The position numbers were made by a program, and so were the translations under genes. The notes under the pieces are model-generated. The model saw nothing but the letters and a program-made list of their open reading frames with translations, ran no database searches and was not told the DNA's origin. Positions 48,501 to 57,784 of a stretch of 64,000 bases of DNA are shown piece after piece. The stretch spans positions 64,001 through 128,000 of the forward strand of contig CAYWJO010000001.1 in the NCBI GenBank assembly GCA_964458565.1. The letters are read 5' to 3'. Position 1 is the stretch's first letter, and each line of letters begins with the position of its first letter. The stretch comes from an uncultured archaeon (GTDB lineage Archaea > Asgardarchaeota > Thorarchaeia > Thorarchaeales > Thorarchaeaceae).

Positions 48501-50021
48501 CTAATATTCGGTGAGGTCGTAATCATCTTCTCGATAACTTGGTTTTTCACTACTAGGAAATAGTTTCTCAAACCGTTTTCTAACGTTGTTAGCAATTGAA
48601 GGATCGGAATAAACTCTTACTGAAGGAATGCTCTTCTGTTGTTGTTTTAGTAATTGCATAAGCGGTTTTCCTTCCTCAGTTTCACTTAGCTGAACCATAT
48701 CAAATCCGGTTTCACCCCCCGCAAGAACTGGTATTTTACTTAGGAAGTAAGCACCCAAAGGAGGGTCTACAATATCAATAATAACGGTACCAGGAGTTTC
48801 ATTCAATTCGAGTTCTGCTTCAATTAATCTCTCAATATCATGTTCCATTCTGGATATGCGCTCACGTACTTCGTCTTCGAATAGGGCAATGGGTCGCGCT
48901 GTCACCACTTTGAATAGATGGCGATATCGAATACGAGCTGCATAATCTCGGATGAAATCAGTTTCAGAGCGTTCCAACCAACGATATAGATCTCCATCCG
49001 TCATCCTGGTAAATAACCCGATACATTCATTTCTTGTCAAATCATCCTCCTTCATTCTGAAGTAAGTGGCTTTGGATGTAAGTGCCTCAGCGACTCTTAC
49101 TGCGTGGTGGAAATAGAGATCAGAGAACATCCAAGATCTGCTCAGGATCAGTGCTTCGAGAGAGTGCAGTGCTTTTAACATAAAGGCGCGACGATACCGT
49201 CCTGTTTCGTCTTTGATGACACGGTTTGTCATAAGAACCCGTTCTGCTGGAAATATTCCAAGTTGTACTCCACTGAAATGGGCATCACGGATTAGATAGT
49301 CTGTCTTATCTATGTCGAGAGGGCTATCGATAAAATCACTTATGAGCGACATAATGGGGTCGGTTGTTCTACGTTTCAGAATATCCACAATGTGACGCGG
49401 TTCGATATTGTGTCGCTCAAGAATATCATTCACACCACTATGAAGGATGAGGAATTCTCCCAGGTCAATGTGAGATAACCCAATGTATGACTCAAGCGCA
49501 AATTCAATGGTATGTGAAGTAGGAGGGTGACCAACATCATGAAGAAGGCATACGGCCCTGAATAATTTTTGATGATATGGATCGAGCAAATCTGATAACG
49601 ACACAAAGGTCGCTGTATCTAGGTCATCACAATAGGTAACAACCCTAATGCATTTTTGAGCGAGAAAACTTGTGCCTAAGCAGTGCTCAAAGCGTGAATG
49701 AGTTGCGCCGGGATATACGAGATGCGCAGGACCTAGTTGGCGAACATAACGAAGTCTTAACATCTCCCATGAGCTGATTAAATCAAGTTCCCAGGGGTCA
49801 AAAATAATTGCGCCGTGAACAGGGTCTTGAATTGCTTTTTGTCTAGTATGGCGTTCTGTCTGTCTTAGCATTCTTGTGTGTTCATTAATTGAGCCCTGAA
49901 TTTCATCCCACCGTCGTTCACGAAGTTCCTCTGTTGTTAATATCTCATGCTCGCGAATACCAGTAATGCGAATCATATTGATTAGGTCAAGTGGATCATT
50001 ATCGAACAAAGACTCAAACAT
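48501..50021 (-). CDS. HD-domain phosphohydrolase (dNTPase/SAMHD1-like family)
   Basis: IQDPVHG, LRYVRQLG, ATHSRFEHCLG, LLHDVGH..SH and DIDKTDYLIRD. Confidence 0.9.
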   Translation of the reverse strand: MFESLFDNDPLDLINMIRITGIREHEILTTEELRERRWDEIQGSINEHTRMLRQTERHTRQKAIQDPVHGAIIFDPWELDLISSWEMLRLRYVRQLGPAHLVYPGATHSRFEHCLGTSFLAQKCIRVVTYCDDLDTATFVSLSDLLDPYHQKLFRAVCLLHDVGHPPTSHTIEFALESYIGLSHIDLGEFLILHSGVNDILERHNIEPRHIVDILKRRTTDPIMSLISDFIDSPLDIDKTDYLIRDAHFSGVQLGIFPAERVLMTNRVIKDETGRYRRAFMLKALHSLEALILSRSWMFSDLYFHHAVRVAEALTSKATYFRMKEDDLTRNECIGLFTRMTDGDLYRWLERSETDFIRDYAARIRYRHLFKVVTARPIALFEDEVRERISRMEHDIERLIEAELELNETPGTVIIDIVDPPLGAYFLSKIPVLAGGETGFDMVQLSETEEGKPLMQLLKQQQKSIPSVRVYSDPSIANNVRKRFEKLFPSSEKPSYREDDYDLTEY

Positions 50022-50084
50022 CCTCTAATCCTTGATGGGCATGGATAATTGGGAAAATAGATACCTGATAAAATATGTGATGCA

Positions 50085-50795
50085 TTATTCTCTAGAGAGG
50101 TCTTTTGAAATTTTGATTTTGTCACGTGCTGCATTGTAGTAAAGGGTGTTTTCTCGTTCCATGGCATTACAATAGTCATCAGGTTTGCAGTATCCCCATC
50201 TTTGCATTGCCCTGCATGAAGGAGCACTTCGTACTTGATAAAAAGGTGGGGATATTAGGTTTATTTTCGAAAAGTAATTGGCAACGGTTTTGATATTTTT
50301 CTTCGCGTAAGCATATCTAATACAAGGAGGCGCCCTTTCGACCATATTCCATGTTACCAATTTAAAGAGCCGATACCACAATAAACATTGTTTTGCCTTA
50401 TACAGATAGTTGCACTTAGGACAGACCTTGTAATGAATTGCCACTTCACAGAGCTCATCACGTGTTTCTTGAGTCAATCCCTCCTTCTTCAGAAGATGAA
50501 ATTTGACCTCTGCAAACCATTCTGGAGTGAACGCATCAAACTCAATTACAAAAGATGTTAGTTCTTCAGCCACCTGTTCGGGTGTTGCATACCACTCCGA
50601 TTCATTTAATGTGAGTTCAGGTAGTTCAGAAGGCATTAGCGATTCAATTCCTTGTTCAACAACACATCTCTTAAGTTCATCAGTTTGGGGTGTACATGCT
50701 GGAATAACTCTTAAATTGCGGCGACATGGCAAGCATAACCTGTAGACTTCTGATTCCAAGAGGTCATCATAAATGGTGCAATTCAATATTATCAC
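50085..50795 (-). CDS. Protein with a primase large-subunit (PriL) C-terminal Fe-S-like domain
   Basis: APPCI...PSCRAMQRWGYC..DDYC...NTLYY Cys spacing; extra CPKC; start uncertain (TTG at 50759 possible). Confidence 0.6.
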   Translation of the reverse strand: MIILNCTIYDDLLESEVYRLCLPCRRNLRVIPACTPQTDELKRCVVEQGIESLMPSELPELTLNESEWYATPEQVAEELTSFVIEFDAFTPEWFAEVKFHLLKKEGLTQETRDELCEVAIHYKVCPKCNYLYKAKQCLLWYRLFKLVTWNMVERAPPCIRYAYAKKNIKTVANYFSKINLISPPFYQVRSAPSCRAMQRWGYCKPDDYCNAMERENTLYYNAARDKIKISKDLSRE

Positions 50796-51774
50796 AGAGT
50801 ATGACTATGAAGAGTCAATTGCATCACTTGATATTGCAGATTTAACTGGCGATGGAGTCGAAGATATTGTTATTACTACAACGAATGGGTCACTGAGAAT
50901 TCTCAATTACAATGAAAGCGAAGGATTCTTTGAAGTTACCCGTCTTGAAGGCCTTCCGCCCATTGCAACGCTAGGTCACGGAAAAGTGCTTGGACAAAAG
51001 AGCTATGAGTTCGTTTTAGGGCATATTGATAATACATTAAGAATTGTGGCATATCTGGACAATGAATTGGAGATAGGAAGTCGTACACCACTTGGCGCAT
51101 TACCGACATCAATTTGCGTTTTGAATGTTGTTGGAGACTCCTCAACAGAAGTTATTGTATCTACGAACGACAAAACATTGAGATGCTACGGTTGGTTTGA
51201 TGTGGCGCTGGACAAACTTGCTCACAAAGTAATTGAGAATCCAACATATACTATGAGGCCAATTCATAGTAAAGGTATATCATATAGCAGATTTGTTTTT
51301 GGTGATGATACCGGAGCGCTTTATATCTATCAATATGCAGATGACCGTTTACATGAGAGAGCAAAAAGCAAGGTGAAAGGGAATATTCAGCATATTATGA
51401 CCGGTGATATTACTGACAATCGAACAGATGATATAGTGACTATTTCTGATGGGAGAAGTGTTACACTCTTTAGATATGAGCATCCAGAAATAAAGAGAAT
51501 TGATTCCCTCAAAGCACCAAGTTCAATTACATCACTTCGAATTGGATCATTTCTCAGAAATTCTGAGGAAGGACAAATTTTAGCCACTCATGACAACTCC
51601 TCACTTGCCCTTCTAAGATACGAAGGAAATAGACTACACCACATTGGGTCCATCAAGACAGCAAAGAAATCAATAGAGTCTCTTGTAGCTTATGGGGATT
51701 TAACAGGTGACAAAAGTCCTGAGATTGTACAAGCTGTTGGTAAAAAACTCCACATGATTAAGGTTGAAGAGTAA
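50773..51774 (+). CDS. Cytoplasmic FG-GAP-type beta-propeller protein
   Basis: Repeated DLTGDG.EDIV-like blades; no signal peptide. Confidence 0.75.
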   Translation: MVQFNIITEYDYEESIASLDIADLTGDGVEDIVITTTNGSLRILNYNESEGFFEVTRLEGLPPIATLGHGKVLGQKSYEFVLGHIDNTLRIVAYLDNELEIGSRTPLGALPTSICVLNVVGDSSTEVIVSTNDKTLRCYGWFDVALDKLAHKVIENPTYTMRPIHSKGISYSRFVFGDDTGALYIYQYADDRLHERAKSKVKGNIQHIMTGDITDNRTDDIVTISDGRSVTLFRYEHPEIKRIDSLKAPSSITSLRIGSFLRNSEEGQILATHDNSSLALLRYEGNRLHHIGSIKTAKKSIESLVAYGDLTGDKSPEIVQAVGKKLHMIKVEE

Positions 51775-51782
51775 AATTTCTG

Positions 51783-52199
51783 TTAATCAAGTCTAGGCAT
51801 GTATACTTGATCTGGAGTCAGTACTTGTATAGTATCAACACTCACTTTCCGTTCTATACGGGGAACGAACTCACTTTCCACCCAACTTTTAATCTTCATA
51901 CGTGCATCTTCGATATCATTACCTTCAGCATTTACATCAATTCTTATGAAGAGATTGTAGGGCTCTCGGTCAGTAATTTCGTTTTTCACCATAGCCCAGA
52001 AGGCTTTTGATCCAGCTGGAATGTCAATTCTACCAAGAATCTCGCGCCATTGCCTACCCTCTAGTTTCCTAGTGACTATGGCAAGGTCTTTGAGCTCAGG
52101 TAATTCTTTCAAAGCATCTAGAATCTTTTCACCATCTTCTTTGATGTTAGGTTCTTTCAATTTCGCAATTAGGTAGTGATCGGCCCTAAATTTAGCCAT
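51783..52199 (-). CDS. Hypothetical protein
   Basis: 138 aa, GAGGAG RBS, last gene of a minus-strand run. Confidence 0.6.
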   Translation of the reverse strand: MAKFRADHYLIAKLKEPNIKEDGEKILDALKELPELKDLAIVTRKLEGRQWREILGRIDIPAGSKAFWAMVKNEITDREPYNLFIRIDVNAEGNDIEDARMKIKSWVESEFVPRIERKVSVDTIQVLTPDQVYMPRLD

Positions 52200-52249
52200 G
52201 AATCCAGAACTCCTCAATGATTCTACAGGCGGCCTAATGATGATGACTC

Positions 52250-52876
52250 TTAAACGTGCTGGTTTGAATCATTGGATTTCGTTGTAGATTTAAGTTGAGT
52301 GCCATAGTAGGAAAAACGATAGGCAGCAGTGAGAATACCAATTCCTGTGATGATCACGACTCCCAGAAAAAGTAGCAGTATAATTGAGGAGAGAGAGAGA
52401 ATGAAAAGACGCTCCGAACGGGCACCAAGACCTACATCGAGGTCAGATACACCGAGATTTTCAGCTCTTGAACGAGTGTAACTTGTGAGTAACCAGCTTG
52501 CCATACAGATTAGGACCCATAAAGAAATTGGTATCCCAAGTATAGTTGCCATTGGATATGCCATTACTATAGCAATTAGTAGAATCACCTCACACACTTT
52601 ATCCACAATAGAATCTGTGAATCCGCCAATTCTAGTACTTCGGTCAGAGAGTCTAGCAACAGCACCATCTACACCATCAAAGAATCCCACCAGGAACACA
52701 AAGATGCCGTAGACAATTTGGCTTTGAGTCATCAAAGCTAAAAATGCGAATAACGCGAAGAGAAGAGTTAGATATGTGATGGTAGTTGGTTTTACATTAC
52801 GATCTGCTAAGGGTTGTGCTACACGAAGAATTGGCCCACGAAAAATAGTTCTAAGTCTGAATTTACTTGGAGAGAT
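52250..52876 (-). CDS. CDP-alcohol phosphatidyltransferase, non-canonical start
   Basis: DGVDGAVAR...GGFTDSIVD signature, SYTRSRAE and RSER. The frame stays open upstream through SPSKFRLR...VKPTTITYL to ATC 52876 / CTG 52885. Confidence 0.85.
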   Translation of the reverse strand: MSPSKFRLRTIFRGPILRVAQPLADRNVKPTTITYLTLLFALFAFLALMTQSQIVYGIFVFLVGFFDGVDGAVARLSDRSTRIGGFTDSIVDKVCEVILLIAIVMAYPMATILGIPISLWVLICMASWLLTSYTRSRAENLGVSDLDVGLGARSERLFILSLSSIILLLFLGVVIITGIGILTAAYRFSYYGTQLKSTTKSNDSNQHV

Positions 52877-52881
52877 TTCGA

Positions 52882-53904
52882 TCAGCTCCTCTCAATTCCA
52901 CCTTCGTGTACAACAACTCCATCCAATGTCCGATTTGCTGGTGCTACAACAGAATCAAATAGAATGCTATTGCTAATTGTGCATTCTTCACCGATCGAAG
53001 AGCCCGTACCTACACTGACATATGGCCCCACTATGGCATTTGATGCAATACGAGATTCCCTTGAAATGACAAGGGGACCAACAAGGCTTACACCAGGATG
53101 TACAACAATATCAGCAGCTAGGTTCATGCGGTCGCTAATTTCAATTGTATCTCCACTTGGGACGAATATTGTTTCAGCAGAGTGCTGAGTAAATTCATTC
53201 AGGAGATATCTATTTGCAGCTAGTAAATCATGTATTGTGTCGAGGTCAAACCAGGAACCGTCAACAAATGCGGGACGAACAGGCTCGTTATACGCAATCA
53301 TACGATTGATAGATGATAAAATCCTATTCTCTCCAGCTTGCTTAGCAATATCACAGTATCTCAGGAATCCTCTGTTTGTTGCTATGACCATAGTACATCG
53401 GCCAATCGCAGAGGAAGATTTGGATAAATTGAGTCCTGAAATTAAATCGCTTTCATCACTATGAACCGTTGCACCTATCTGAGAGGCTCTATCAACTCCG
53501 ATTGTCATTATTCGAGGTGTTGCTCCATAAAGATGTGATGAGATGACAGCATCAATTATTGTCTTATCTAAAATGAAATCGGCTGGTAGAATTAAGAAAG
53601 GTTTCTCCTCGTTCAAATGAGAACTAGCAGCCATAAATGTTTGAAGAGGTCCTTCCTCATAGTTCTCAGCATTTACAACAAGAATATCTTTAGATCGCTT
53701 CATCGTTGAAATATGTGAATGAATCATATGTCCAAGCCAACCAACACCAACGATAATATGGTCTACTCCTGATGAGAAGAGTGTGCTTATTGTTCGCTCA
53801 ATTAATGTGGACCCTGCAATAGGTAGGAGAGCCTTTGGTAGATTCTCAGTTATTGGATTCAGACGTGTTCCACGTCCAGCTGAGAGAATCACCGCTTGTA
53901 TCAA
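52882..53904 (-). CDS. Sugar-phosphate nucleotidyltransferase with hexapeptide C-terminal domain
   Basis: AVILSAGRGTRL.P.T...PKALLP, WFDLDT and LbH repeats. Confidence 0.88.
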   Translation of the reverse strand: MIQAVILSAGRGTRLNPITENLPKALLPIAGSTLIERTISTLFSSGVDHIIVGVGWLGHMIHSHISTMKRSKDILVVNAENYEEGPLQTFMAASSHLNEEKPFLILPADFILDKTIIDAVISSHLYGATPRIMTIGVDRASQIGATVHSDESDLISGLNLSKSSSAIGRCTMVIATNRGFLRYCDIAKQAGENRILSSINRMIAYNEPVRPAFVDGSWFDLDTIHDLLAANRYLLNEFTQHSAETIFVPSGDTIEISDRMNLAADIVVHPGVSLVGPLVISRESRIASNAIVGPYVSVGTGSSIGEECTISNSILFDSVVAPANRTLDGVVVHEGGIERS

Positions 53905-53987
53905 TAAAACCTCCTGATTTTAACCAATTATGTATCAAGAAATGGGTTCATATGTTTGTTTGTACTCGATTGAAATGGGTCATTTAT

Positions 53988-54677
53988 TTGACAATCGATG
54001 TCTTGAGTATCGAGGATGAGAACCAAATAAAGGATGCAGTCAAGGCTGCAGCCAAGATAATTCTAAACGATGGTCTTGTGGTAATCCCCACCGATACCAG
54101 CTATGGTCTTGCTTGTAATCCAATATCTTGCGACGCAATTGATAAACTGATTGAAGTTAAAGAACGCGACAGAAATTTAGGATTACCACTTCTGTTCTCA
54201 AATCTAGAGCAATCTGAATCATATCACCATTTCTCAAGTCTGGAACGGGTGATTGCACGTCTATTTTGGCCAGGTGCCTTGACATTAGTTGTTTCAGCCA
54301 AGGAGAACGTACCGGAGCATCTCACTGTTGGGAGAAACTCTCTAGCGATTCGAGTTCCTAATCATGATTTACCACGGTCAATAGCAAAAGAGGTTGATGG
54401 TGCGATAGTTGGAACAAGTGCAAATAAAACTGGAGGTCCAAGTCCATTTAGCATTGATGTAGCTATAGAGCAGCTAGGGGAGAACATCGATTTGTATATT
54501 GATGGTGGTCCTTCAGCCGCCACCAAGAATTCCACAATTGTTAGAGTTGAAGAGGAAGGGAGTATCAAAGTATATCGAGAAGGGGAACTCTCCATCGAAC
54601 TTCTAACAGAGAACTTGAAAGTTGACTCTGACGCACTAAAATTCTGGACGACGCGAATAATATATGCAGACATGTAG
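53988..54677 (+). CDS. sua5: Threonylcarbamoyl-AMP synthase Sua5/TsaC
   Basis: PTDTSYGL, KER, FWPGALT, AIRVP, GTSAN and STIV; TTG at 53988 preferred. Confidence 0.92.
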   Translation: MTIDVLSIEDENQIKDAVKAAAKIILNDGLVVIPTDTSYGLACNPISCDAIDKLIEVKERDRNLGLPLLFSNLEQSESYHHFSSLERVIARLFWPGALTLVVSAKENVPEHLTVGRNSLAIRVPNHDLPRSIAKEVDGAIVGTSANKTGGPSPFSIDVAIEQLGENIDLYIDGGPSAATKNSTIVRVEEEGSIKVYREGELSIELLTENLKVDSDALKFWTTRIIYADM

Positions 54678-54688
54678 GAGGAGTTCAG

Positions 54689-55222
54689 CTGCACAATTAC
54701 AACCTTCTTGTTGGCTGTCCAAGAAATAGAGAGAAAGCTGCGATTTCAGAGATTGGATATTTCATAAGAGACCTCATGGATGATGATGAACTGAAAATAT
54801 CGCGTACCCCCATTTCAGGTCTATTGGCATGTCGAACCGGAATCGATCCATTCGATGTTGTGCATAGAATTCACGACTTTGCTTTAGAGAATCCCTATCA
54901 ATTCAGATTTGCTATCAAGTTCATTCCTTTTGAGAGATGTGTTCTGAGCGAACTGGAGCTTATTATCGAAGCAACTAATGAAATAAAGGATAAAATAACC
55001 ACGGAGGATACTTTCAGAGTTTCTGTTCGAAGAAGACACACCGATTTAGAACATATGGAAATAGTAAAGGAAGTAGCTCATGTTATAGACAGGGATGTGG
55101 ATTTGGAAAATCCAGACTGGACCGTATGGATTGAGGTTGTGGGAGAATGGACAGGAGTATCAATTCTCAAACAAGAGAGAGATATTATATCAATAATGAC
55201 AATGCGAGATGATATGTATTAG
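54689..55222 (+). CDS. THUMP-domain protein, CTG start
   Basis: TFRVSVRRR and VDLENPDW.VWIEV THUMP motifs; the N-terminal YNLLV..PR..E segment requires starting at CTG 54689 behind GGAGGAG. Confidence 0.82.
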   Translation: MHNYNLLVGCPRNREKAAISEIGYFIRDLMDDDELKISRTPISGLLACRTGIDPFDVVHRIHDFALENPYQFRFAIKFIPFERCVLSELELIIEATNEIKDKITTEDTFRVSVRRRHTDLEHMEIVKEVAHVIDRDVDLENPDWTVWIEVVGEWTGVSILKQERDIISIMTMRDDMY

Positions 55223-55800
55223 GAGTCTAAGGAAACCATAGAGACCCTGCTTACGATACATTTAGTTAATGCACTCCTCTTTGATTCGATGTCATCCGAC
55301 GTTTCTAATAGATCTATTTCTGAAGTGGATACATCGAACTGCCTTGCAGTTTCTCTTATCTCCTCAAACGATTGCGCAAAGGGTGGATCAATACCATGAC
55401 CTACAGAGGATATAATGCGGTCCAACCGTTTTTGAACAAGGTCTCGATCTATGCCTAATATAACAAGCCCAACTGATGTCTGTTCATCATTAACACCTAT
55501 GATGTCTATAGCTCGACCAATCTGTCTTTGTAATGATGCGTATACCAATATCTCTACGTCAAGACTACGTGCAAGTGCGTAATTGCCATTATGAGAATTT
55601 AGAGCATTTTGAGCTGCAGAGATAAGATGGAGCCCTCCTGCAATAAGGGAAGCTTTCAGAAATTGAGTTGCAAGAATTCCATCTGAGGGGTGGGCTGCCA
55701 AAGCAATCAATTCGTCTTTTGTAAGATTCCTAGTATTTTGAATTTCAGCGATACCAACAAACACATCGTTTGAATTACAAAAGAGGGATTCAATAATCAT
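55219..55800 (-). CDS. cgi121: KEOPS complex subunit Cgi121
   Basis: ARSLDVEILVYASLQRQIGRAI..IG. Confidence 0.85.
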   Translation of the reverse strand: MIIESLFCNSNDVFVGIAEIQNTRNLTKDELIALAAHPSDGILATQFLKASLIAGGLHLISAAQNALNSHNGNYALARSLDVEILVYASLQRQIGRAIDIIGVNDEQTSVGLVILGIDRDLVQKRLDRIISSVGHGIDPPFAQSFEEIRETARQFDVSTSEIDLLETSDDIESKRSALTKCIVSRVSMVSLDS

Positions 55801-55815
55801 TACATCACTTCGGTA

Positions 55816-56406
55816 TCATAAGCGTTTAATGAAGTAGTCTGCTACAGTAGGATCAAATCCGACTTCAAATACTAACTTATCGCGAATCTGTTTTGAAGTA
55901 AGTGAAGAGTCAGCTTCCTTGAATATTCGGACTAGTGCAATTATAGACTCACGATGCTCCCAAGGATATACAGTCCATTTTTCAGTTTTAACCATATAAT
56001 AGTCAGGTATCATTCGTGATGTGGGTTTCAGATGAATGACAGCAGTGCGTACTTCTCTGGCACCAAGCGTTTTTGCATGTTCGACTGCATGAAAAAGACT
56101 ATCTCCAGAGTCTGCAACTTCATCAACAATCAGAATTCGTTTGTTTTCGATTGATCCCGTGACAGGTTGAATGATTTTGGGTTCATTGCCTCTGATTCCT
56201 ACATCACTATAGTATTCAATTCTAACATTCATCATCTGATTTGTATATAGAACATCAGATAATATTCGAGCGGGAATCCAACCACCTCTGGCGATACCTA
56301 TTATGATTTCAGGAGCATAGTTACTCTCCACAATAATCTCTGAAAGGCGCAGGGTTAGGTTGTAGATATCATCCCAACTGATCATCTCGTACTCCATAGT
56401 GCTCAA
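55816..56406 (-). CDS. Purine phosphoribosyltransferase (type I PRTase)
   Basis: IARGG..PAR, ILIVDEVADSGDS and W..YPWE. Confidence 0.9.
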   Translation of the reverse strand: MSTMEYEMISWDDIYNLTLRLSEIIVESNYAPEIIIGIARGGWIPARILSDVLYTNQMMNVRIEYYSDVGIRGNEPKIIQPVTGSIENKRILIVDEVADSGDSLFHAVEHAKTLGAREVRTAVIHLKPTSRMIPDYYMVKTEKWTVYPWEHRESIIALVRIFKEADSSLTSKQIRDKLVFEVGFDPTVADYFIKRL

Positions 56407-56518
56407 CCAATAGCAGTCTTGTGTTCCCTCTGACGAACTTCCATATTAACAAACCGTTTTCATCGCCGCCACATAACCTAAATCAGTGTTAGGTTAATGA
56501 AGAAGACATGTGTTTATC

Positions 56519-57784
56519 ATGAAAGCTGACCTTCTTCTCAAGGATATCGGGCAAATTGCAACACTTGCAGGACACAGTAAGAAACCAAAAGCAAAGAATG
56601 AATTGATGGATCTGTCTATCATTGAAGATGGAGCTATTGCAATCACAGAGGGGCATATAATTGCGATAGGAAAATCAGCCGAGGTTATAGCACAGATAGA
56701 TAATGCAGATAATATACCAACAATACAATTTCCCGATATGTTGGCAATCCCAGGTTTTGTTGATAGTCATACACATCTTGTATTTGGAGGCTCCCGTGAG
56801 AACGATTTCTCAATGAAGTTAGAGGGAAAAACATACATGGAAATTCTTGAAGCAGGCGGGGGAATACTCAATACATTGAGGTCAACTCGAACTGCAACTA
56901 AAGAAGATCTAGTACGGTCTGCATTTTCATATGCTAGTAGTATGATTTCAAACGGAACAACTTGTGTGGAAGTGAAGAGTGGATATGGACTCGATATTGA
57001 AAATGAGATAAAAATGCTACAGACAATAGAATTACTTAGAACACGTGTTCCAATGATTATACCAGCAACATTCATGGGAGCTCATGCAATCCCACCAGAA
57101 TACAAGGGCAGACCTGATGATTATGTTGACCTTCTGATTAACGAAATGATCCCAGCAGTGGGAGAAACAGGACTTGCTGAATTCTGTGATGTGTTCTGTG
57201 AAGAAGGAGTGTTTAGTGTTGAACAATCGCGGAATATACTTCGTGCAGCAAGGAATGAGGGAATGGAGCTTAAGATACACGCAGACGAAATCGTAGAACT
57301 AGGGGGAGCAGAACTGGCTGCAGAGATGAATGCAGTTTCAGCAGACCACCTCCTCATGGCGTCAGATGACGGTCTCGAAGCAATGGTGAGGGCAGGAACA
57401 ATAGCAACACTTCTTCCAGGAACTGCATTTAGTCTTGATACAAATTATGCAGATGCCCGTAAGATGATAGATATGGGACTTCCTGTTGCTCTGGCAACTG
57501 ATTTCAATCCAAACTGTGCTAATGAGTCTATGTTCTTCACGATTGCACTTGCATGTTACAAAATGAAGATGCACCCAAGAGAGGCTCTTTCTGCAGCTAC
57601 TATCAATGGGGCACATGCAGTAAATCGGGCATCTGAAATCGGTAGTTTGGAAGTAGGAAAAAGAGCAGATATAGTTGTTTTAGAATGTAAGTCCCCGGAA
57701 TTCCTGAGCTATAGGTTTGGAATGAATTTAGTTCACTCTGTGATTGTTAATGGTGAAGTGGTCCATACAAAGTTGGGACCTTAG
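56519..57784 (+). CDS. hutI: Imidazolonepropionase
   Basis: PGFVDSHTH, EVKSGYGL, DVFCEEG, HADE and ALATDFNP. Confidence 0.95.
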   Translation: MKADLLLKDIGQIATLAGHSKKPKAKNELMDLSIIEDGAIAITEGHIIAIGKSAEVIAQIDNADNIPTIQFPDMLAIPGFVDSHTHLVFGGSRENDFSMKLEGKTYMEILEAGGGILNTLRSTRTATKEDLVRSAFSYASSMISNGTTCVEVKSGYGLDIENEIKMLQTIELLRTRVPMIIPATFMGAHAIPPEYKGRPDDYVDLLINEMIPAVGETGLAEFCDVFCEEGVFSVEQSRNILRAARNEGMELKIHADEIVELGGAELAAEMNAVSADHLLMASDDGLEAMVRAGTIATLLPGTAFSLDTNYADARKMIDMGLPVALATDFNPNCANESMFFTIALACYKMKMHPREALSAATINGAHAVNRASEIGSLEVGKRADIVVLECKSPEFLSYRFGMNLVHSVIVNGEVVHTKLGP

